Source of the DNA: Treponemataceae bacterium | Lineage (GTDB): Bacteria; Spirochaetota; Spirochaetia; Treponematales; Rectinemataceae | Direction of reading: 5' to 3' | DNA: 64,000 nt | Assembly: GCA_963678065.2 (NCBI GenBank) | Contig: CAXXVZ010000005.1 | Span: forward strand, 832,001-896,000 | In this document: positions 55,098-64,000 of the stretch, in pieces | How positions within the stretch are numbered: position 1 is the first letter of the stretch | Layout: every line of letters begins with the position of its first letter | The notes under the pieces: model-generated | Databases searched by the model: none | The model's input: only the letters and a program-made list of their open reading frames with translations | Told to the model about the DNA's origin: nothing | Made by a program: the position numbers and the translations under genes

Positions 55098-55607
55098 TTA
55101 TATCTTTACCCAATAGTAACAATGTTCATGTTCTATCTTTTCCAATACCCCATTATTCCATTCTATTACTTTCCGTGATCCACTGTTCTTTTCATCACAG
55201 GTTATCAATACATCATTTATATTGAGTTTCTTTATTTCGCTCAATGTCAATTCCAATAACTTCTTCCCATATCCCTTATTCCGTTGTTCTTTCCGAATCC
55301 CATATCCTATATGCCCACCATGGGCACGCAATTTATCGGTTAAGTAATGCCTCATTTTTGAATACCCTAGCACTTCTTCATCATCCATAAGCCAATATAT
55401 TGTTTGTGGCACATATCCTTTTTCAAGCTCAGGAGCTTCATACTGCGCAATAAGTTTTTCGATATATCCTGGATATTCTTCCCATGAGATCCCATATCCA
55501 CCATTCATGAATCCATTTTCTTCTTGATCAATCGATTGTAGCATCTGATAAATGTTTCTATTCGTTGTATCACGTTCAGAAACCTTCTGAAGATAAATCC
55601 TACCCAT
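55098..55607 (-). CDS. GNAT acetyltransferase, copy 2
   Basis: Paralog of 12227-12736. Confidence 0.9.
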   Translation of the reverse strand: MGRIYLQKVSERDTTNRNIYQMLQSIDQEENGFMNGGYGISWEEYPGYIEKLIAQYEAPELEKGYVPQTIYWLMDDEEVLGYSKMRHYLTDKLRAHGGHIGYGIRKEQRNKGYGKKLLELTLSEIKKLNINDVLITCDEKNSGSRKVIEWNNGVLEKIEHEHCYYWVKI

Positions 55608-56750
55608 AATAATTCCTTAAAAGAACAATACTGCATCACACAATCAAATAGTGCAAACCATATGTAAATTCACTATCCAAAGTCTCAAGCCGATACTACA
55701 GTTCATGCACTTTGAAAACAGTGGTATCGGCCTATCTGATCTCGGGGGGCAAACTTTCAGCTAACGTTCTGCCTGTTTGCGACGATGGCGTGAGCATCGG
55801 CGAACGCCATTGTGCCTGAGCGGAATGAGCAAAGCGAGTGTAGCGATGGCCGAAGAGGGAGCTTGCGACCGATGAGCGTGAACAGCGCTGTTAGTTGCAG
55901 TCGTGACCTTCGAGCGCGCTTGGATGGGGAGACTTGTCTCCTCATCCAATACTCTATCTTGCGCGCGTTCTTCTCTTCCTCTTCTCTTACCCTTATTTTT
56001 TCTTTCACGATTGCAACTAACGTTCTGCCTGTTTGCGACGATGGCGCGAGCATCGGCGAGCGCCATTGTGCCTGAGCGGAATGAGCGACAGCGAGTGCAG
56101 CGATGGCCGAAGAGGGAGCTTGCGACCGATGAGCGTGAACAGCGCTGTTAGTTGCAGTCGTGACCTTCGAGCGCGCTTGGATGGGGAGACTTGTCTCCCC
56201 ATCCAATGCTATATCTTGCGCGCGTTCTTCTCTTCCTCTTCTCTTACCCTTATTTTTTTCTTTCACGATTGCAACTAACGTTCTGCCTGTTTGCGACGAT
56301 GGCGTGAGCATCGGCGAGCGCCATTGTGCCTGAGCGGAATGAGCGGAGCGAGTGAAGCGATGGCCGAAGAGGGAGCCTGCGACCGATGAGCGTGAACAGC
56401 GCTGTTAGTTGCAGTCGTGACCTTCGAGCGCGCTTGGATGGGGAGACTTGTCTCCTCATCCAATGCTATATCTTGCGCGCGTTCTTCTCTTCCTCTTCTC
56501 TTACCCCTATTTTTTTCTTTCACGATTGCAACTAACGTATGCCTGCCTGCGACGTTTTGGCCCGCATCGGCGGGACAAAATGTGCCTGAATGAAACGAGC
56601 GAATGCGAGTGGAATGAAGACCGAAGAAGGAGCCGAAGGCGACTGATGAGCGTGGGCAGCGCTGTTAGCTGCTTTACGAATCGCTCTTCATCAATATCTT
56701 TGTTTCTAATATTCGGAGCGCGCAGTGTACATGTAAATAGTTTTCTGTAT

Positions 56751-57560
56751 TTATCGTTTCAAAATGCTTTCAATCTTTTTCTTTTTTAGTTCTATCATTT
56801 TTGATATAAATTGATCATATTCTTCTGAAGGATAAAAAAGGTTTGGAATAAATTCACGGCTTTTAACTGTCATTGGATTAATGCTTTCCATAAGCTTACT
56901 CACAGTTGATGACCAGATATCATTTTCATATGTAACATTATATTTCCCTTTTTCAATTTGCTTATATAATATTTTAAGTTGTGAAAAATGTTCTTCCAAT
57001 TTCAACTCAGTTGAACTACTATAACCATTCCTAATTCTTTCTGTGATTATTTGCTGTATCTGTTCATAATTAGCTTCTTCTGTATTTACGTTACTCCTAA
57101 CATAGATTCGATTTTTAGCTAATTCTTCACCATCACATTCAGCAACAAATGGTATGTACTCCTTTTCATAATTTACAAATATTACTTGGAATTTTTTTCC
57201 AACTAATTTCCCATATTCACTATCAGCATATATAAAATCAACAATCTCATATCTTAAGTTTTTAGGTAAATATTTTTGAATACTTTTCCCAATAACTGTT
57301 TTATCTTCAACCTTGGTTAAGCCAATTGATTCCAAACTTCCATCATTGTTTTGTTTTACTCCAAAAATTAAAGCGCCATCTCCAGTATTAGCAATTCCTA
57401 AAATATGTTTAGCAATTTTTGAATAGGAACAATAATCTTGCTTAAAATCTAAATCATTAAATTCACCAAGATTGTTTTTTAGTAGATCACGCAATTTTGT
57501 TCTATTTGGATCATCAAAGAAATTAAAAAAATCTTCTTTAAAGCTTTTTTTTGTCTCCAT
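56751..57560 (-). CDS. AlbA_2/Schlafen-domain protein
   Basis: GEFNDLDFKQ, IAKHILGIANTGDGALIFGV, IYVRSN. Confidence 0.82.
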   Translation of the reverse strand: METKKSFKEDFFNFFDDPNRTKLRDLLKNNLGEFNDLDFKQDYCSYSKIAKHILGIANTGDGALIFGVKQNNDGSLESIGLTKVEDKTVIGKSIQKYLPKNLRYEIVDFIYADSEYGKLVGKKFQVIFVNYEKEYIPFVAECDGEELAKNRIYVRSNVNTEEANYEQIQQIITERIRNGYSSSTELKLEEHFSQLKILYKQIEKGKYNVTYENDIWSSTVSKLMESINPMTVKSREFIPNLFYPSEEYDQFISKMIELKKKKIESILKR

Positions 57561-57865
57561 TATTTTTTCTCCTAAACATTTTCTCAATTAATACATGAAC
57601 CATACAGACGAAGAATAGGACGCTATGAGAAGTCTCAACTCTCGCGATTCGTATTGCAGCTAACGTTCGCCTGCCTACGACGTTGTGGCGAGCATCGGCG
57701 AGCCACAATGTGCCTGAGCGGAATGAGCGCATGCGAGTGCAGCGATGGCCGAAGAAGGAGCCGACAGGCGACTGATGAGCGTGGGCAGTGCTGTTAGCTG
57801 ATGGTTTGCCCCCCATCTATATCTTTTCTTTTCCCTCTTCACCTTATTCATTGTTCTTCACTATC

Positions 57866-58375
57866 TTATATCTTTACCCAATAGTAACAATGTTCATGTT
57901 CTATCTTTTCCAATACCCCATTATTCCATTCTATTACTTTCCGTGATCCACTGTTCTTTTCATCACAGGTTATCAATACATCATTTATATTGAGTTTCTT
58001 TATTTCGCTCAATGTCAATTCCAATAACTTCTTCCCATATCCCTTATTCCGTTGTTCTTTCCGAATCCCATATCCTATATGCCCACCATGGGCACGCAAT
58101 TTATCGGTTAAGTAATGCCTCATTTTTGAATACCCTAGCACTTCTTCATCATCCATAAGCCAGTATATTGTTTGTGGCACATATCCTTTTTCAAGCTCAG
58201 GAGCTTCATACTGCGCAATAAGTTTTTCGATATATCCTGGATATTCTTCCCATGAGATCCCATATCCACCATTCATGAATCCATTTTCTTCTTGATCAAT
58301 CGATTGTAGCATCTGATAAATGTTTCTATTCGTTGTATCACGTTCAGAAACCTTCTGAAGATAAATCCTACCCAT
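57866..58375 (-). CDS. GNAT acetyltransferase, copy 3
   Basis: Protein identical to 55098-55607. Confidence 0.9.
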   Translation of the reverse strand: MGRIYLQKVSERDTTNRNIYQMLQSIDQEENGFMNGGYGISWEEYPGYIEKLIAQYEAPELEKGYVPQTIYWLMDDEEVLGYSKMRHYLTDKLRAHGGHIGYGIRKEQRNKGYGKKLLELTLSEIKKLNINDVLITCDEKNSGSRKVIEWNNGVLEKIEHEHCYYWVKI

Positions 58376-59178
58376 AATAATTCCTTAAAAGAACAATACT
58401 GCATCACACAATCAAATAGTGCAAACCATATGTAAATTCACTATCCAAAGTCTCAAGCCGATACTACAGTTCATGCACTTTGAAAACAGTGGTATCGGCC
58501 TATCTGATCTCGGGGGGCAAACTTTCAGCTAACGTTCTGCCTGTTTGCGACGATGGCGTGAGCATCGGCGAGCGCCATTGTGCCTGAGCGGAATGAGCGG
58601 AGCGAGTGAAGCGATGGCCGAAGAGGGAGCCTGCGACCGATGAGCGTGAACAGCGCTGTTAGTTGCAGTCGTGACCTTCGAGCGCGCTTGGATGGGGAGA
58701 CTTGTCTCCTCATCCAATGCTATATCTTGCGCGCGTTCTTCTCTTCCTCTTCTCTTACCCCTATTTTTTTCTTTCACGATTGCAACTAACGTTCTGCCTG
58801 TTTGCGACGATGGCGTGAGCATCGGCGAGCGCCATTGTGCCTGAGCGGAATGAGCGCATGCGAGTGCAGCGAATGGCCGAAGAGGGAGCTTGCGACCGAT
58901 GAGCGTGAACAGCGCTGTTAGTTGCAGTCGTGACCTTCGAGCGCGCTTGGATGGGGAGACTTGTCTCCCCATCCAATGCTATATCTTGCGCGCGTTCTTC
59001 TCTTCTTCTTCTCTTACCCTTATTTTTTTCTTTCACGATTGCAACTAACGTTCGCCTGCCTACGACGTTGTGGCGAGCATCGGCGAGCCACAATGTGCCT
59101 GAGCGGAATGAGCGATAGCGAGTGCAGCGATGGCCGAAGAAGGAGCCGAAAGGCGACTGATGAGCGTGGGCAGTGCTG

Positions 59179-59976
59179 TTAGGTGCTGTTTTTCGGGCTA
59201 ACCTGGATCCTATCCCGTATCGTTTCTATTTTCTCTTTTGCCTTTTTTAGAAACGTTTTATTCTCTTCTCCATTTTTAGTTACTACTTCTAATGTATAGA
59301 TTCCCGTATATGTTTTCGGAAATTTCTGTATCATCATATCCCACTCAATAATTCCTTCATCAGGCAACCAATGCGAATCATTAATTCCATCATTATCTGA
59401 TAAATGCACACATAACAATTTATCTTTATACGTTTCTACTATTTCATAAGGAGTACGTGCATATAATTTGTCATGAGAACTATCATAACAGAAACCTAAA
59501 TACTCTGAATGTATGGTTTCATATATTTTATCAAGAAGAATAGGAACTCTGGTATTTTCAAGCGCAATTTTTACATTTTTATCTTCAGCTAACTTTACCA
59601 GATCGTGTAGTATACTGATTCCAGAATCGTTTATTTCCTGTATCTGATACCCTTTCGATATATGCATCACCAGTATTGGAATGGCATGTTTTGAACAAAA
59701 CTCTATATACGTTCTATATTCATTTTTTATACTATTTGCCTTAACAGTATCCAATGACCATATATCATTACATGCATCAAATGGAATATGAGCATTTTCA
59801 AGAAAGAGCCCAGAATCCCGGACTATATACGGCATATCATCCATTTTGTTATGTTTCACCAAGGAATCTTCTTCCCCAATCCACATGGATGTTGCATCAA
59901 AACCTGTTTCTTTTATGGAACTGATTCTCTCTATAAACGGCTTATCTATTCCATACCAAGAAAATATTCCAATCAT
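59179..59976 (-). CDS. Sugar phosphate isomerase/epimerase (TIM barrel)
   Basis: KIALENT, GFCYDSSH, VHLSDNDG..DSHWLP; stop in the attC R'' box. Confidence 0.85.
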   Translation of the reverse strand: MIGIFSWYGIDKPFIERISSIKETGFDATSMWIGEEDSLVKHNKMDDMPYIVRDSGLFLENAHIPFDACNDIWSLDTVKANSIKNEYRTYIEFCSKHAIPILVMHISKGYQIQEINDSGISILHDLVKLAEDKNVKIALENTRVPILLDKIYETIHSEYLGFCYDSSHDKLYARTPYEIVETYKDKLLCVHLSDNDGINDSHWLPDEGIIEWDMMIQKFPKTYTGIYTLEVVTKNGEENKTFLKKAKEKIETIRDRIQVSPKNST

Positions 59977-60420
59977 TTTATTGTTACCCCTAGAGGCAGC
60001 CCGAAAAATTGCACCTAACGTTCTGCCTGTTTGCGACGATGGCGTGAGCATCGGCGAACGCCATTGTGCCTGAGCGGAATGAGCGCATGCGAGTGGAGCG
60101 ATGGCCGAAGAGGGAGCCTGCGACCGATGAGCGTGAACAGCGCTGTTAGTTGCAGTCGTGACCTTCGAGCGCGCTTGGATGGGGAGACTTGTCTCCCCAT
60201 CCAATACTATATCTTGCGCGCGTTCTTCTCTTCCTCTTCTCTTAACCCTTATTTTTTCTTTCACGATTGCAACTAACGTTTTGTGCCTCTGACGTTTCGG
60301 ACCGCATCGGCGGGCCGAAATGTGCCTGAGTGGAGTGAGCGAATGCGAGCGGAACGATGGCCGAAGAGCCCTGAAAGGGCGATGAGCAGGGGCACGGTGT
60401 TATGCGCTGTTATTTTATTT

Positions 60421-60933
60421 TTATTTTGGATTGATATAAATAGTCCAATAGTTTTCACTACTATTACTCTCTATGCATAATATTATCTGTAATTTTTCTG
60501 GCATAGATAGCATCATCCATCCGGTTCTTCCTGATTTATAAGTTACTTGGCCGGAAGATAATATATTTTTACCTAATTTGCTTCCCTTTGGAATCATTGA
60601 AATTGCTGGCGCTTTCCCTGCATCAACATATTTCATTCCATCAAGAAATGGAATATAAGAATTATCATTATAAAATACTGTAGATTTTTCCCAAATAATT
60701 CGCGCTATAGATAAAGAATTATTTGCAATACTTACTTCAACCCACCCAATACCTGGTTTGTCATCTAAGGGGAATTGATATTCTATATGCGGAATAGTGA
60801 CAGTTACTCCTGAACTTTTTTTCTCACTTTCAACAACAATGTTAAAATCGCTAGTATTTCTCCATTGAAAATCTTGTGCAAACAAAATTTGAGTTGCAAA
60901 AAATATTAATCCAATAAATGCAATCTTTTTCAT
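60421..60933 (-). CDS. Hypothetical secreted protein
   Basis: Signal peptide MKKIAFIGLIFFATQILFA-QD. Confidence 0.7.
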   Translation of the reverse strand: MKKIAFIGLIFFATQILFAQDFQWRNTSDFNIVVESEKKSSGVTVTIPHIEYQFPLDDKPGIGWVEVSIANNSLSIARIIWEKSTVFYNDNSYIPFLDGMKYVDAGKAPAISMIPKGSKLGKNILSSGQVTYKSGRTGWMMLSMPEKLQIILCIESNSSENYWTIYINPK

Positions 60934-62067
60934 ATATCCCTTCTTTTTATAAAAATATGAAGCCTCCAACGGAGGCAATATTAAGCGATATTTATTAATA
61001 TTACAGATGAAACCCATATGATTATAGACATAATATTTTATTTTGTCATGTTTACAAATACGATCTCATAATAATCGTAATGACATAATGAAATTGAAGC
61101 ACGAAATTTAAAATGTACTTATGCATATATAACTAATATAATTTTAATTGCACGAATTAAATATCTTACTTAGTTTGTAAACATTTAATAATGTATTACT
61201 GGTTTTTCATTAGCAAGACAACGTGAGTTACAATATTCCCCAATGAACACAAGGTAAATTCAAGAGTCATGTTGTGCTAAAAAAGAAAGAGTTAGTAACA
61301 AACAACATTTTTAAGTGACATAAGGTATATTTTAAAAAAATAAAATAATTGCGCATAACGTTCTGCCTGTTTGCGACGATGGCGCGAGCATCGGCGAGCG
61401 CCATTGTGCCTGAGCGAAACGAGCGCATGCGAGTGCAGCGATGGCCGAAGAGGGAGCCTGCGACCGATGAGCGTGAACAGCGCTGTTAGTTGCAGTCGTG
61501 ACCTTCGAGCGCGCTTGGATGGGGAGACTTGTCTCCTCATCCAATACTCTATCTTGCGCGCGTTCTTCTCTTCCTCTTTTCTTACCCTTATTTTTTTCTT
61601 TCACGATTGCAACTAACGTTCTGCCTGTTTACGACGATGGCGTGAGCATCGGCGAGCGCCATTGTGCCTGAGCGGAATGAGCGCATGCGAGTGCAGCGAT
61701 GGCCGAAGAGGGAGCCTGCGACCGATGAGCGTGAACAGCGCTGTTAGTTGCAGTCGTGACCTTCGAGCGCGCTTGGATGGGGAGACTTGTCTCTCCATCC
61801 AATACTATATCTTGCGCGCGTTCTTCTCTTCCTCTTCTCTTACCCTTATTTTTTCTTTCACGATTGCAACTAACGTTCGCCTGCCTACGACGTTGTGGCG
61901 AGCATCGGCGAGCCACAATGTGCCTGAGCGGAATGAGCGACAGCGAGTGCAGCGAAGGCCGAAGAAGGAGCCGATAGGCGACTGATGAGCGTGGGCAGTG
62001 CTGTTAGGCGCCGTTATCTATTTATATCTATACAATTCTAATGTCAGATATTGCATTTTCTAGTTAC

Positions 62068-62340
62068 TTATTCATCATGCGGAATACTCTCGAGTATTGT
62101 GTTTAAATCTGTAACAACATTTACTACTTTATTTTCCTCTATTTCAGTAATAATTTTATTTATCTTATCAATAAGTAGTTGATAATCTTTTGTTCTAGCC
62201 CCATAGCGATTCAACACCTCTTCTATTTCTGATTCGAAAAGCATTTCTTTTGCTTCTCGTGCTTTTTGTCTTTGTGACTCATTCGAATCATCAGAGGTAA
62301 TAATTCTTTGAAGCCTATCTAATTCTGATTGATAATCCAT
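62068..62340 (-). CDS. Hypothetical coiled-coil protein
   Basis: GGAGG RBS; downstream of lipoprotein. Confidence 0.7.
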   Translation of the reverse strand: MDYQSELDRLQRIITSDDSNESQRQKAREAKEMLFESEIEEVLNRYGARTKDYQLLIDKINKIITEIEENKVVNVVTDLNTILESIPHDE

Positions 62341-62357
62341 ACATTCCTCCTATAAGA

Positions 62358-63470
62358 TTATAGATTAAAAACACCTGCTTTATCTAATGCATCAAGATCA
62401 CGTTTTACGCTAAAAATAAACGAACTTAATTCATAGGTTTGCTGCGCTATATCTATGGGTTCATTAATTAATACAAGTATGTTACTCAACGCTACTTTTG
62501 TTTTAGCTAATAATTGACTATATGATACAATTAATTTGTATAATGCAACTTGAGTATCGATGACTACACGATACCTGATCGCATCATCATTAGCTTTTAT
62601 TGTACATTGTTCAATGTAACTAATAATAAGTTCATCAAGTATTTTCCCCGTACCATAAACTAATATTTCTTTATTTTCAGTTAATTCAACACTATCGTAT
62701 ATTTTTCGCATTTTTGTTTGAACTTCATCTAACCTTGATTTTTGCAAGCCCGAAGGCTCCAAATACTCGCGTAAAATATTTTTTATATTACGTAAAGCAG
62801 TTGCAACATTATCTTGATACTCAGTTAGCATTCTATCAGATTGCAACGCTTTTAATCTATAAAAATCTTCTCCATCCTTTGCAAACAAGAGCAAGATATC
62901 TTGTATTATCGGTTCAGTAATTTTCATTGTAGCAATAAATTGCTCGCGATTATTCGCTTCAGTCAATTTTGCAACTATAGTTGCTAAAATATTGCCAGAA
63001 ATTGAAAGTATTTCATTTGAGAATAGCGATGATGTTAATTTATTTATATTATTTATTAGTGAATTACTTATTGATTTTACATCTTCTATATTTTTCCCTT
63101 CAGCAAGTGCAGTTAACAATGAATTATAATTTGATATTGCCAATAAGGCATCAAAACGATAATCCAAATCACTTTTTACGTTTCTACCTTGAACCGTAGA
63201 TGTTATATCTACCTCATGTGGATATTCCTTATAACTTGTTTTTGTTTCTTTTTTCCCATCTGTATCAACTTTAGTACTTTTCTTTTTTTCTTCTGCTAAC
63301 TTAGCTTTATCAAATTCAAGTAATACTTGTCCTGTGATATCTTTTGTCTCTTTAAAGACATCATTGTATGCTTGCCATTCTCTTTGTGGAATACTTACAC
63401 ATCCCCATAATCCAGATAGTATCATCAAGATTATTCCATAAGTACCTAATCTTCTTCCATTCATACACAT
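62358..63470 (-). CDS. Putative lipoprotein
   Basis: Hydrophobic N-terminus then LWGC lipobox-like motif; GGAGG RBS. Confidence 0.7.
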   Translation of the reverse strand: MCMNGRRLGTYGIILMILSGLWGCVSIPQREWQAYNDVFKETKDITGQVLLEFDKAKLAEEKKKSTKVDTDGKKETKTSYKEYPHEVDITSTVQGRNVKSDLDYRFDALLAISNYNSLLTALAEGKNIEDVKSISNSLINNINKLTSSLFSNEILSISGNILATIVAKLTEANNREQFIATMKITEPIIQDILLLFAKDGEDFYRLKALQSDRMLTEYQDNVATALRNIKNILREYLEPSGLQKSRLDEVQTKMRKIYDSVELTENKEILVYGTGKILDELIISYIEQCTIKANDDAIRYRVVIDTQVALYKLIVSYSQLLAKTKVALSNILVLINEPIDIAQQTYELSSFIFSVKRDLDALDKAGVFNL

Positions 63471-63735
63471 CCTCCTTCGATATAATAGAATTTAGAGTTA
63501 TGCTAATGTAAATAGATTATGGCGCCTAACGTTCGCCTGCCTACGACGTTGTGGCGAGCATCGGCGAGCCACAATGTGCCTGAATGGAACGAGCGGATGC
63601 GAGTGGAGTGAAGGCCGAAGAAGGAGCCGAAGGCGACTGATGAGCGTGGGCAGTGCTGTTAGGCGCTGTACCAATTCCCCGTCTTAATTGAACCATCTCC
63701 GCGCCGGACGCCCGGAGGGCGAGGCGCGGAGATAT

Positions 63736-64000
63736 GGCTCTTCGACGAATCGTGTGGGTAACCAAGGAAGCATGGTAGGATGAGCAGGATGAAAGACGTA
63801 GAACTATTCGCCCTTGCGCTTGGATTATCTGAACCCTGGATTGTTGAGAACATAGAGTTCAAACCAACAGAACATCGGCTTGATATACAGCTTGGGTTCA
63901 AGCCCGGGAGTCGTTTTCCGTGTTTTTCCTGCGATTACAAGGGTACAGCCTACGATACGATGCCCAAAACATGGCGTCACCTCAATTTTTTCCAGCATGA
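63736..64000 (+). mobile_element. Second ISL3 copy (partial)
   Basis: Starts GGCTCTTC; near-identical to reverse complement of 4697-4961; transposase ATG at 63780. Confidence 0.9.

Larger units (their letters stand above)
140..63664 (-). mobile_element. Integron gene-cassette array (~79 attC sites; continues beyond the window; no intI/attI seen)
   Basis: Repeated ~130-140 bp imperfect palindromes TAAC...GTTA separate 1-2 gene cassettes. Approximate attC starts: 142,400,659,1833,2090,2348,2605,3345,8050,9121,9386,10138,11179,12021,12891,14022,15056,16400,17233,19488,19745,20613,21758,22679,23637,23899,25262,26304,26562,27978,28982,31090,31986,32243,32501,32760,33928,34832,35089,36629,38408,38666,39543,40457,40714,41657,41916,42172,42882,43139,43398,44279,45309,45566,46970,48115,48374,49036,49294,49559,49815,52373,53185,54134,54893,55762,56018,56276,56534,57661,58530,58787,59046,60016,60274,61356,61614,61871,63527. 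Repeated cassettes keep the attC on their left (+ coordinates), so attC is downstream on the - strand, matching gene orientation. Confidence 0.93.

Noticed and set aside
1..64000. Integron integrase, attI, reverse transcriptase or group II intron
   Set aside because: No tyrosine-recombinase or RT motifs in any ORF. A retron-like reading of the mini-cassette fold has no supporting enzyme here.
1..64000. Host taxon assignment
   Set aside because: No housekeeping marker in the window, so it cannot be supported.

Overview
The whole window is the interior of a large integron gene-cassette array (chromosomal superintegron type). No integrase or attI is visible. I count about 79 attC-type sites of ~130-140 bp, and cargo genes lie almost all on the - strand. 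Cargo includes nine toxin-antitoxin modules, GNATs, DinB/ClbS-like proteins, an AlkZ/YcaQ glycosylase, peptidase E, and candidate defence genes (HNH, PD-(D/E)XK, TIR, AlbA/Schlafen). Four features are unusual. (1) One ORF-less ~132-bp mini-cassette with its own attC variant occurs 30 times (~38% of cassettes), often in tandem. (2) A second ORF-less mini-cassette family has the same fold but different sequence, with compensatory changes. (3) Cassettes are bounded by their own ~17-24-bp terminal inverted repeats, which extend well past the 7-bp R box and carry a conserved G.T at position 11. (4) The attC interior folds into a covarying multi-hairpin structure with tandem GA/GA pairs on the bottom strand. 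The array is also hit by IS21 (inside an attC, itself split by ISL3), an IS5/IS1182-like element, IS630, IS1634, a 183-bp IS1634-type MITE and a second ISL3. Counts and coordinates were read by eye; family assignments come from motif recognition, not database searches.
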